A stretch of 64,000 nt of DNA from Cyanophora paradoxa CCMP329. Taxonomy: Eukaryota; Plantae; Glaucophyta. This document shows, piece by piece, positions 1-11,256 of this stretch (positions are counted from its first letter, which is position 1; every line of letters begins with the position of its first letter). Under the pieces are notes generated by a model. The model did not search any database. It was given only the letters and a program-made list of their open reading frames with translations, and was not told the origin of the DNA. The stretch lies in NCBI GenBank assembly GCA_004431415.1, contig QPMI01000632.1, positions 1-64,000 of the forward strand, in the 5' to 3' direction. Position numbers and translations under genes: made by a program.

Positions 1-2525
1 GGCCAGGATCTGCGGCACGTCCATCGGTGCAGCCTTGTGCACCCAGTCGATCTCCATTTTCCGTCGCTCTTGCTCTTTCCTCGCCGAGGGCTTGCCCTGA
101 TCTGCGGTCGTCCACAGGTTCTCAGAAGGACGGATGGAGAGCTGGCGGAGCCGGGCGGCAACGCTCAGGTGCCTGGAGGGCATGGAGGCGCGCCTGTCTC
201 CGTTGTGCTCGGCTTTCAGATCCAGGTACGTCTCCACTGCCGGCGCCTCGGTGGGGAGGCCGGGGCCGTTGGGGCCGCCGCCTGACTCGCGCCAGTGTCG
301 TGCAGCATCAGAGGCGCGAACGGGCGTCACGCTGCACCGCCGAACGGACAGCAGCAGGTGCTCGCCCCCCTTCACCCCTGTGCCTTCGCCCTGGCCCCGC
401 AGCCGCCTCACACGGAACAGCAGCTGTACGATGTCGTCGGCCTCCAGTAGGGGCATCTTGGCGTCGAAGATTCCGTAGATCTTGTCGAAGTGCGCATCCG
501 AGAAGTCCACGCCCGCCCCCAAGGCCGACGTCGCAATGACTGCGTCGCAGGTCTTGTAGCCGCCCTCCTCGGCCAGATCGAGCTTCTTCACGTGGACCCT
601 GCCGTCGTCACTGTAATCGAACTGTTTATCTCTAGCCTGCCCTATGACAATTCCAATTGTGAAGGGCCCGGGGGCGCAGGCTGGATCTCGCTCCAAGATC
701 TCGGCGGCCTGCTTCCTAAGTGCGCTTGCCAATGCCTGCGCCCGGCCTGCTGTCTCGACGATGATCATGGCGCGCAGGCCGCCGGGGCGGCACCTTGACA
801 TCAGGTCACGCTCGACGGCGGTGGGGCTGTCTGACAGGCGCATCCGCCAGTCGCAGGTCCGCCGATGGTTGAATAGGAGGGCGAGCCGAGCCCCCGTTGC
901 TGCCGCCGACTTGCCAAGGAAAGCGAGGTCCGTGGGCCTCACGTAGCCGTCCAGCGCGACGATTTCCTGTGCGCCCTCGATTCCCCGCCAGAGACGGGCG
1001 CAACGCAGGTTGCGGGGGAGGCTCCGCGCCCCCAGCCCACCGGCCACGGGCTCCAAGGTCGAGCTCAAGGTGAAGTGTCGCGTGAGGGAGGAGAGCTCGT
1101 CGAGCACGACCAGGAGGCGCCCGCCGCCGCCCTCGCCCAGGTCCTCGAGCCCCTGCCAGTCGTCCTGCACCTTGTGAGCCGAATCGATCGTGCAGATGAC
1201 GACCTGTATCCTCGGATCGCGGAAGCCCCACGTCCCGTGAGCGCTCTCGGGGTCCTTGGGGCGCCAGACGTCCGAGTAGAGCACGGCGACCGAGGGGAGG
1301 GAGGCTTCGTCGAGGCGGCGCTTGAGGTCGCGAGAGAAGGCCCGACGGCAGGTGAGCACGAGGATTTTGCGCTTCAACTCGAGCGCCGGGCGGACGTAGG
1401 CTTCAATCAGCGCCTTCGTCTTGCCGGTGTTGAGCCCGCTGCAGATCACGTCGATCCGGCGGGGCGCCCCGGATCGGGCTTCAGTTCGCCAAAGGTCGAT
1501 TCCAGCAGCTCGCGGCTCAGGTACCGCTCGTCCACCTCCCTCGCCGCAAATGGAGCATGGCCGACGGATCGCAGGGCGAGGAGGAGGGACGGGAGGGCGG
1601 TGTCAAGGGAGACGCCGCGCCGAAGGTCCGTTGCGTAGGATTTCGTCTTGGCGCCGCCGCCTCCATCTGAGAGCCTCGCCTGCAGGCTGAAGTTCCAGAT
1701 CTGGACCTCCAGGCGGGAGTTCGGACGCGCCTCCACCTCGAGCTCGAAGGCCAGCGACCCGTCGGGCTCCGTCCTCGCCTGCAGCACCCTCGACGACTCC
1801 AGGCGCAGGTGCACCCCGAGCGCGTCCCCCGCCCTCTCCAGCTCGCCCCGAACCGACATGCTGCCCCGCAGGAGAGCGAGGGCCCGCTTGAGGATCTCGC
1901 CCGCGGCTTGGTCTCCAGCGACCTGTACCCCAGCGGCCTGCTCTGTACCCCTCTCACCGGCGCCTTGTTCCTCTGTCCCTCCATCGGTCCCTCTCCGCTG
2001 GCCCGCCGCCTCCGTCCCTTCTTCGGGCAAGTCGTCAAAGAAGTCCGCGGGCAGATCTTCCAAGAAGTTTGCAGGCAAGCCTACAGCGGGAGCCCCTTTA
2101 GCTCGGCGCAGGCTTACCCCCCCGTCAGGCTCGATGCAGAGGCGGAGCTCCGACCCAGGCGCGAGGCCGCCGAAGAGCCAAGAGAAGATGGTGGAGGCCT
2201 CGGCGCCCTGCAGAACGAAGTGCGCGCTCTGTCCATCCTCCAGCTCGCGGGAGAAGCTGACGCCCCCCGTCCTGCCCACGACAGCCTTCGCGGCATCGCA
2301 AGCCGACTCGCCGGGCGCGACCTGGCAAGGATTCACGCCCGGGGCGAGGCTCAAAGCGTAGACCACCCCCATCGCAGGCGACCAGGCCTTGGAGACCGAG
2401 ACGAACGGGAAGCATGCAAAGAGATCCTCTTCCTCGGCATCTAGATCTGCCTCCTCGGCGAAGGGCAGCTCGTCTAGCAAGTTGACGTGCATAATGTTCG
2501 TTTTGATTTCGCAGTTGATATGCAT
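1..2525 (-). CDS. Intronless SF2 helicase of the herpes UL9 / NCLDV replication-origin-binding protein type; one frameshift near 1460-1500; runs off the left edge
   Basis: ORF 1446..2594 ends ...REVDERYLSRELLE. A second minus frame, open from about 1470 to position 1, reads IDVICSGLNTGKT (Walker A, 1440-1417), KILVLTCRR, VVICTIDS, LLVVLDELSSLTRHF (Walker B), EIVALDGY, IATSALGAGVDFSDAHFDKIYG and VQLLFRVRRL. This is the motif order of UL9-like origin-binding helicases. Confidence 0.75.
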
Positions 2526-2712
2526 GAGTGCTTCAGAAAAAGTCGAGTGCAGCACAACCGACGGCCTGGCGGGCAGGAGGGGTTGGGGGATCACAGCCCT
2601 GCTAGGGGGTACTCAATATCATGGCATCTAGAGGACCGGGGTACAGGCAAGAGCTCGAGCTCTGCAGACTTGCGGGATGTGACCACCTCTTGGAAACTTC
2701 TATTAGAACTTT

Positions 2713-3321
2713 TCATGAGGTGGACACAACATGTACAGCTGCAGCTGGGCGACTTACAGAGTGCACATCCTTTGCTTCAGCTATCTTGCGCGCCTTTGCT
2801 ATCGCATCATGAGCGGCAAGGCCGTACTCTATCACTGCCGGTTGGCCTGGGCGAAAAGAGACGCGCCAGTAGCGGCTTTCCTTTGATTCTGCAGACAGCT
2901 CGTCAATCATTGCTTGGACTTGGCTCTGTTCGTAGGCTCGCTTCCTCCTCTTTGTCAGACACTTGCCTTTGTTGCTTGGAAGCTTGTCGCCTGCCACAGG
3001 AACCGCCCCAAGCCGACCTCCGCAGTCCATGAGCCGTAGATTCTCCCTGCGCAGGTCCAGCTTGCACCCGCTGATGCTGTCGACGCGCCAGTCGTCGTTG
3101 GGCAGGCCGAGGGGGTACCCGAATAGAAAATGATGAGCGTAGGCCACCTTCCCGTCTGGCAATACTGTGTACGGCCAGCTCTGTCCATCCGCAGAGGCTA
3201 CTTGCCATTGGTACATCCAGAGCGCTGGTGCCCGTCGCTTGTCTACTGTAAAGCTCGTGTAGCCCCCGTTTGGGAGAAGGGCGAAGATAAAAGCTGCATT
3301 CCAATCAAATGATCCAGACAT
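2713..3321 (-). CDS. Intronless HNH-AP2-like protein with degenerate HNH active site
   Basis: FTVDKRRAPALWMYQW...AHHFLFGYPLG...WRVDSISGCKLDLRRENLR matches the phage/viral HNH_3 pattern (VDHINGxxLDNRxxNLR) with H>S and N>L. The C-terminal YWRVSF...EYGLAAHDAIAKARKIAE resembles an AP2-type DNA-binding domain. First ATG is at 3321. Confidence 0.6.
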   Translation of the reverse strand: MSGSFDWNAAFIFALLPNGGYTSFTVDKRRAPALWMYQWQVASADGQSWPYTVLPDGKVAYAHHFLFGYPLGLPNDDWRVDSISGCKLDLRRENLRLMDCGGRLGAVPVAGDKLPSNKGKCLTKRRKRAYEQSQVQAMIDELSAESKESRYWRVSFRPGQPAVIEYGLAAHDAIAKARKIAEAKDVHSVSRPAAAVHVVSTS

Positions 3322-5440
3322 ATTGCAAATGATGCCGCTGGCTACTACTGGGCTAGCGCTGCCGCACTTGACGTGCTGCTTCAAGCTAAGCTCACTTTGC
3401 CCTAGGCTCAGAAAATGTTGGGCCGAATCAGAAGCTGGCCCGAGAGGGGTACAGCACTTAGTTAGCACCCCAGTGGAGTTAGCCCCCGCGGGGCCCCAGA
3501 GGGGTAAGGCAGTCTGTCAGCAGCTGTGCTTGTTGGTGTCCGCGCGAGGGGTACGCTGACTGTTACTGCCCCGCGTGGGTTAGTGCTAGCCCCCCCTGTT
3601 AGTGTCGGGTGTACGAGATCGCAATATAACACTCAAATCTCCGTGATGCGTGACTCACGCAAACCTCCGAGGGTTAACAATGGATTCATAAAGCTCGAGA
3701 GCTGGCGGTTCGCGGATTCCAGGTCGACGCCCACATATATAAAGTCTTTCTTGGCCCGGCCGCGGCTGATCAGATCCGCCGCGCAGTTCCTGAGCCCGCT
3801 ATCATCCGCCCCACCAACACCGAAGCGCGTGCCCACGCCCGCGCTCGAGCTCGAGCTGAATGCGCCGCGCCCGCGGCCGGCACTTGAAAGTGGTTCGGCC
3901 AAAGCGCTAGCCATTGTTTCAAGTCTGCCACAGCTCTCCGCATCTTGCGCCGGCCGTGGTCGCACTCCGTCTGACACGCCAGGCTGCAGCGCCAGCTGCC
4001 TCGCCCGCGGCCGCGGCCGTTGCAATTGACCATGCATATGACTCTTCGCGCGTGCTGCAGGGATTCTCGCGATCGGCGCACTCGGCACTCCCTCGACTCA
4101 GGACTTGCCTTCTGGATCCGCTGCTGCAAACAGCATCGGTCGCCCCGAGCTCCGCACTCTGCGAGTCCCACGTGCGCCGCGGCGCGCGCCAGCTCTAGAT
4201 CTAGATCTGCCGGCCGCCTGGGCGCCGCGGCGCCCCGTGCTGGATGCTCATCCCCACGAAACTTCTGTGCAGCTATTTTGGTGTCTGCGACTGACGTTTC
4301 GAGCGTGGATCTCGTCGACAAAGCCTCATGCCGGCATCACGTCTTTGGTCCGTGCCCGGCCGCCCTTCCGAGGCGTTCTAGATGTGGGTCTCGGCCCGGC
4401 GCCGGCGAGCCTCTGCTGACGAAGACGCCCCCTCCTAGTCCCCAAGGCTTCCGCATCCCGGGCGGCGGCGCATACGCACGCGATGCACGCTCGGCCCGTC
4501 CGCACGGTGCGCCCCGTTGACGTCGAACTCATCCCCGCCCGCCTTCGGTTTAACTTCCAGAGGGCCGCAGCGCGCCGCAAGGCAGCACTAAGAGCTATCG
4601 CCGGACGTCGATGTGCACGTGGCGGGGCCGGCGCCCGGCCATGTACATTAGATCTAGATCTAGATCAGTAGACCTCAGTCTTTCTTTCCGTTAACGTTCC
4701 TCGTCGCATATTAATATAATGTAATCGATATCGAAGGAAACTACGTTAGATATCGATCTAGAACTTGCTAGCGCTGTTGTTCTTTCTTTCATGATTCAAC
4801 TTCGATTTCGATGTGATTTGAACTAAGCTGGATCATCGGATATCGACAGATGTACATCGATACTATGATAGAGTGAAAAAGTACATGATAGATACTAGTA
4901 CTACGATGCGTTTCGGTCGACCCTGTAAGACGAATCTTATAATTAGACGATGGAAAGCTTCGCGTGGGGCAACTTGCCCGGAAATTCAAACCGTGAACAG
5001 CTGCAGAAAGCTGCATATGCATGCGCAGGGCCTCGGCGCGGCCTCATGCATATATATAGCTGAAAAGGAAGCCATGAACCAAATCTGTACGTGGCTGCAA
5101 CTGCGTCTACTGCTCAAACACGAAGCGTGTGCAGGTTGTCAGTTGTACTACAGTATGAGCGGTGCTGAGCGTTGGCAATTAAATGAGACTTGACGACTGA
5201 AAAAAAATGGAAGCGCCGAGAGGCCGAGAAGGAACCACTACAACAGCTTGAATCTAACAATAATAAAAAGCTATCAAGACCTCTACAAAAGGCGGCACCG
5301 CAGGCGGCGGTGCCACTGTACATGTACTACCCGAAATAAAATACACTTGATAAAGCTGATATCGCATCGATATATCGCGAAGAAATTGCCGAGTTGGCAG
5401 CGCAAGTGCGCCCATGAATGCGGGCGGCCTCGACCTCGCC

Positions 5441-7414
5441 CTACGCGCCGGCCCCCGAGGCGCCGGCGCGGAAGTCGCGGAAGAGGACGACGAGGATGGT
5501 GCAGTTGTCCGTGCTCTTCCGCCCGTACGCCTGCGCGCGCAGTCAGCGGGGGCCGACGCGGCGGGGCCTCCGCAGAATCTGATTCGAACACGGGGGCGCC
5601 CACCTTGTCGCAGACGGCCTTGCCGGCGGCGGCGGGGTCGCCCGTCCTGACGAGGGCCTGCCGCGCGATGCTGACGGCCTCCTTCGACTCCAGCCGGTTC
5701 CATATGCCGTCCGTCGCCACGATCAGGAACTGATTCGAATTCGATCGTCAGATGGACTTTGGGGAACGGGCGCGGGCGCGGCGCCGGCAGCGCGCGGGGC
5801 GCACCTCGTCCTCCCCCGTCAGCTTCGCCTCCAGGATCTAATTCGAATTTGATCGTCAGATCGAGTTCGGGGATTGGGCGCGGCCGCGGGTCGAACCTCG
5901 GGCTCGCAGGTCACAACGTCCGGGCCCAGCTTCTCGGCGGGGAAGCACTGCGGGGCGACTGTGAGGCGCGATCGCGAGCACAACCCCCCGATCCGATACA
6001 ATCGCGTACCCCAGCTCGGAAGTCCTTGAGGCAGATCTCCCCCATCGCCCGGCTCATGGACAGGTACCCCAGGATCTGCGGGGGAGGGTAAAGAGTCAGG
6101 AACCGGCGGGGGTACCGCGAATCGCGAAGTGCGCGCCATGCCCTTGTCGTCGATCCAGGCGCCGTTGCGCTGCACGCGCTCGAGCTCGTCCCGCCGCGCC
6201 GACGGCCGGTGGTCGCAGCTCATGTCCACCGCCTTCCCGCCCCTGCACAGCACCGCGCGGCTGTCTCCGACGTTGCCCTGCGCGGGCGCGGCGAGCCCGG
6301 GTCAGACGCGCGGCCCGCCCGCGCGCTTTTCGTGAATTCCGGATGCACCACCGTGCAGACGCCGTCGAGGATGACGGCGAAGCAGGCCGTGGAGCCGCTC
6401 ACGTCGTTCGTCTCCTTGGCGCGCTGCAGGATGGCCCGGTCCACCTCCGCCACGCCCTGCCGGATCGCCGACTTTGTGTCCGCGCCCGTCTGCGCGATCT
6501 GCGCGACGACGGCGTCAGCGCTTGCAGCGGCCGTGCGCTCTCCTCGCTTGGCTCGCGGCGGCGCGCCTTCTCTATCGATCTCCGCAGCATTTCCGAGCAC
6601 GTTTGCGCCGTACTGTCGCCTGCGTGGCCATCGAACACTCCTGCAGGGGCGCGTCGATCAGGCCGCTGCGGCCGGCGGCCGGCCGCGGCGGGGCGAAGCG
6701 CACCGAAGAAGCTCCCGCTCTTTCCGCACGCCTCGAACGCCCCGATGGCGTAGCGATCCTCCTGGGACTGCCGACCGCGATACTCAGATAAGATAAGAAG
6801 GCGTGGCCTCGCGCGGGCCGCCGGGGTCTCACGTCGCGAGGGCCCTGGAAGCTCTGCAGGCCGTACGGGTGGAGCGCGCCGGTGCCGACCGAGACCGACG
6901 GCAGCGAGCGAATGATTGACTCGAGCTTGTTGTCGTCTCCGAACATGCTCGCGATTTTACTGAAGAAGCCGCGCTCCTCCTTGGGCTTGGCATCCACGTT
7001 CAAGTCCGCAACGATCACGGAAGGCTTAGAAGTCGGAGTGGATGAGCCCCACTGCCCCTTGCTGTCAAAGAGCTTTCCACCTCTCTGCGAGCCTCCGGGT
7101 GTCCCCGGGCCGGTGCCCCAGCCCGCCGACATCGCTCCGTGCATCGAGTTCTCGCGGCTGTACGAGCCGAACGAGCCGTGGCGAGAGCTGTCGCGGCTTC
7201 CGCTGCTCTTGCCGCCGTGCATCGAGACATCCGACTCAGAGCGATCTGCAGATCAGGAGGGGCGATCAGCCCTCCCCCGCGCGCACGCGCGCCCGTTCCG
7301 CGCGCGCGCGCGCGGCCGCATGCCGCGCGGCGGGACACGCGGCATGGCACCTTTGTCCTTTCCGTCTTTCCCCAGCGACTTGAAGAAGCTGAGAAGCGCC
7401 CCGTCCTTCGGCAT
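5441..7414 (-). CDS. Protein phosphatase 2C (PPM family), multi-exon
   Basis: Spliced motifs QGPRD|SQEDR, VFDGHAG, SGSTAC, GNVGDSRAVLCRGG, DHRP, LSMSRAMG, FLIVATDGIW and STDNCTILVV. ATG at 7414, TAG at 5441. Confidence 0.9.
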
Positions 7415-8413
7415 GATCGCTACAGGCGTCTGAACTCTGAACCTTGTCGAGCAGCCGAGCTCTCGATGATTTGCGCTGCTGTCCGAGAAAACAAGTTGCA
7501 GAGCTCACGATCGCGACTCACCACCCGCACGCTGCCGCAGCCAGCACGCGCTGAATCACGGTCTCTCAGTCAAGTTACGCGGGGAGCGCCTCTTCGAAGG
7601 CTTCCGCGGTGAGGGGGGTACACGCTGAACGACCTTTCCCGCGCCGCGGCCGCGGCACTGCAGCCCTGGCAGCTGCGGCCGCGCGCAGCCAGCCGCTGAG
7701 CGTCTGGATCCGGATTATACGCGCGCATGTATAGGAGCATGCCGCGGCGCGCGCGGATCACCCGGCGGCCGCGCCCTGCCGCATGCGCGATGCGCCGTAA
7801 TAGCTACCAGGCCTAGGCTAGATCTCTAGATCTGCAACTTAAGCGCAAGCTCAGCGGCTCCGAATTTAAAAGCGTCGATGCCTCTGTGCCGTACGTACTA
7901 GTATACGCGTGCATGTGATGGCAACGTATCATGATGGCATGCGCATGCCGGCGCCTAACGTATGCCTCGAGCTGGTCATCGTTACAGTTCAAATTTCATC
8001 ACGATACGAAACGCACGCCTCAAAAAACGGGAAACTGAACTGACTCTCGCAACGCTCTACCGAGTCACAGGAGTTGGGGGCTGAGGGATGGCGGGCCCGG
8101 CGGGGTCTGCACAAGGGCCTCATACGCAAGCGCGCGGATGCATCGGTCCGGATCCTAGCACTAACGATCAAAAAGAAAGAAGCTAGCGCAAAGCTACACA
8201 CAAGAACAACGGGCTACTGCATACTACTTTCACAGCCTGCTTTGCACGATTAAAGGAGGTCCACAGCCTGCTTGCACGGGAACTAAACAAGAAGAGTAAC
8301 AACATGAAAGAGAGCGTCCGACCCGGCCCCGGAGAAGCATGGGGCCGAGCGGCGAAAGACCCCTCCTCATCGGAAAAGGAAGGCCGAGGGGGCGGCAAGC
8401 AGGGCCGGCCCGT

Positions 8414-11220
8414 TCAGCGGGGCCCGGCGCTCGCGGCCCGGTCCAGCACTCGCGGGAGGACGTCCCGGATCTGCGCACCGCCCGCCGTCAGCCCGGCCGG
8501 CCCCGCGCTTCCGGTATCCCCCTTTTAGGGGAAGGGGGGTACAGCGCGCCTGCTTGATGGCGTCGAGCGGGTGGGCGGTGGCGTAATCCCGCAGGAGGGC
8601 GTCAAGCTCGCCCTGCTCCTGCCCCCGCTCCGTCTGCCGCGCACGCCCGTCAGCGGCCGCCCCGACCCCGGGCGCGCGCGCCCCGGCCGCGCCCCGGCCG
8701 GCGCGGACCTGGCTGGAGGGGTAGAGGCAGTCCTCGGCGCGGCGCCAGGCGTCCTGGGCCTTGAGGACGAGGCCGAAGCCCTCGAGGAACTCCTGCTGCT
8801 GCTGGCCCGAGGCGGCCGCGCCGGCGGCCGCGGCAGCCCCCGCCCCCGCCTTCTGCGCCGCCGGATCCGCGGGCGCGGGGGAGACGCGCAGGGTCGGGGC
8901 GTGCAGGGCCGGCTGCGGGTGCTGCTGCTGCTGCCGCCCCTCGGGCGCCGGGGCGGCCTGGCCGCTGGGGCTGGGGCCGGCGCTGGGCGGCGAGAGGCCG
9001 CTGCCGGGGGAGGTGTTGGCGGCGGCGGAGGCGGCGCCGGGCTGCCCGCCAAAGATGGCCGGCGCGTTGCGCAGGTGCCGCTCCAGCTGCGGCTTGCGCA
9101 GGAGGAAGGCCCGCATGTAGGCGAGCGCCTGCGCCTTGTAGCAGAGCGCGGCGATGCGGCGCGCCCGCGGCTGCTGGCTCATCGCGTGCCGCGCCGGCGT
9201 GTCGAAGAGGTCGGCGGTGGTGGCGTAGCAGGCGGCGGTGGCGCCGGCGCCGCGCGAGTGGTGCTGGTGCCGCCCGGAGCCGCCCTCGCGGTCGCGGTCC
9301 GCGGCCTCCTGGCACTCCTGCCAGTACGCGTACTCGAGGAACTTGAGGCCCGACTGGAGGTACATGTCCACAGCGTCCAGCTTGCTGAAGTCCGGTTGCT
9401 GCCCCCGCCACCCCCGGGGTCAGCAGGGAGAGGGGGGGAGGGCGAGGGGAGGGGTGGGGGCCCTCGGCCCACCTTCATGAACTTGTCGGCGGTGCGCTTG
9501 AGCCCGACGGCCTCCTTGTTCAGCGCCTGCGCGCTCTCCCGCGCCAGCGGCCGGTCGTACGCGAACTGCGGCCGGGGGCCCGACCCCGCCGCCCGCGCCG
9601 CCCCGGCCCCCGCCGGCGAGCGCAATGAGCCGCCGCTCTGCGAGCCGGCTGCGCCGGCCTGCGCGGGGCGCGGCGGCGCGGAGTACGACCGGGTTCCCTC
9701 TGCGGCAGCCGCCAACGGCGCAAGCGACGACGGGGCCGAGCCGCCTGCCGCCGAGTCGGCCCGAGGCTCCCGCTCCCCGTCGCGCGGGGCCAGGGCGCCG
9801 GACGCCGCGCCGGCCTCGGCATCCGCCGCCCGGGCCCGCTTCGCGCGCGGGCTCGAAGGCCGGGCGGGGGCCGCCTCCTCCGACTCCCGGCCGCGCTTCT
9901 GCCCGCCCCGCTCCGAGGACACCTCCGCGGCGCCGGTCGGGGTGCGCGCCTCGCCCGCGCCGCCGGAGCGGTCGCTGCCGGGCCCCTCGGCCGAGGGCGA
10001 GGGCGAGCGCCGCGCCGGCGAGGCGGGCCCCGAGCCGGCCGACGAGGGCGTGAAGGGCTGATCCTGCGGCCCCTCGTCCGCGCTGCCGCCGCCGTTGGGC
10101 GCGCCCCGGCCCCGCGAGCCGCCCCGCTCCTCGCTCCTCCGCCCGCTCCGCCCCCGGCTCCGGCTGCGGCTCCGGCTGCGGCTCCTGCTGCGGCTGCGGC
10201 TCCTGCTGCGGCTTGAGGACCGGCTGCTGCTGCCCGGCGGCCGGAGCGCCGTCGGCTGCTGCGCTCGCGCCCGCTCCGCCGGTCGCGATCGCGGTCCCTG
10301 TCCCGCCTGTCCCGGTCGCGGACCCGCTTGCGGCTGCGGCTGCGGCTGCGGCTGCGGCTGCGGCTGCGACGCCGGCGCGGCGAGCGGTTTCCGCGACGCT
10401 GCGAGGCCGGGGAGGAGTCCTCGGAGCTCGTCGAGCGACTCGCGCGCCTCCGGCCTGACCGCCGCGACCCGCCGCCGCCGCCGCCGCCACCGCCGCCTCG
10501 TTCGCCGCCGCCGCCCCGCCTCGACGGCGAGCGGGATCCGTCCCGCCCGCCGCGGCCGCGCCCCGAGCTCTCCTCGCTCCCGCGGCGGCGCTCCTCGGTG
10601 CCCCGCCCCTCCGCGAGTCGCCGCCCTCCACGCCGCTGCCCGCCCGCCCTCCGACCGCTGCGGCGGCGGCGCGGAGCTCGACGGGCCCTCGTCGGCGCGC
10701 GCCACGGGCGGCCCGGACTCGCCGCCCTTGCGCTTGCGGGGAATGCTCGGCAGGTCCGAGAGCGTGTAGTGGCCCGAGCGCAGCGCCTCCCCTGTGAGGG
10801 ACGGCCGGCGCGCCCCTGCGGGCGGCCCCGCCGGTCTCTCCCGATCGGGCGACTCTGCCCGGCGCGCCTTCTCACGCTGCCGGGGCCGCGCCGACTCGCG
10901 ATCCGCCGCCCGCTCCTGAGAGCGCTCCCGCTCCCGCTCGAGCTCCCGTTCGCGCTCGGACTCCCGCCTGCGCTCGGCCTTCTCGGCGGAGAGCTCGCCC
11001 CAGCCGACCGCCGAGGGCGAGGCCGGCGGGAGGGGCGTGACGTCCCCCTCCGTCGGCTCGGCCGTGGGCGGCGCCAGCGAGCCGCGCCCCCCGTCGCCGG
11101 GCGAGGCGGCGAGGCCGGCGCCGGCGCGCCGAATGGATCGTCCAGCTCCATCGGGGCCGCCGGCGCCGGCGAGCGGCCCCGCCCCTGCTTCGGCCTCCGC
11201 TGCGGCTCCGGCTCGGGCTC

Positions 11221-11256
<36 letters not shown>

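Noticed and set aside
3633-4700. ORFs of 100-180 aa and a TATATAAAG near 3736
   Set aside because: No recognisable motifs or consistent exon structure.
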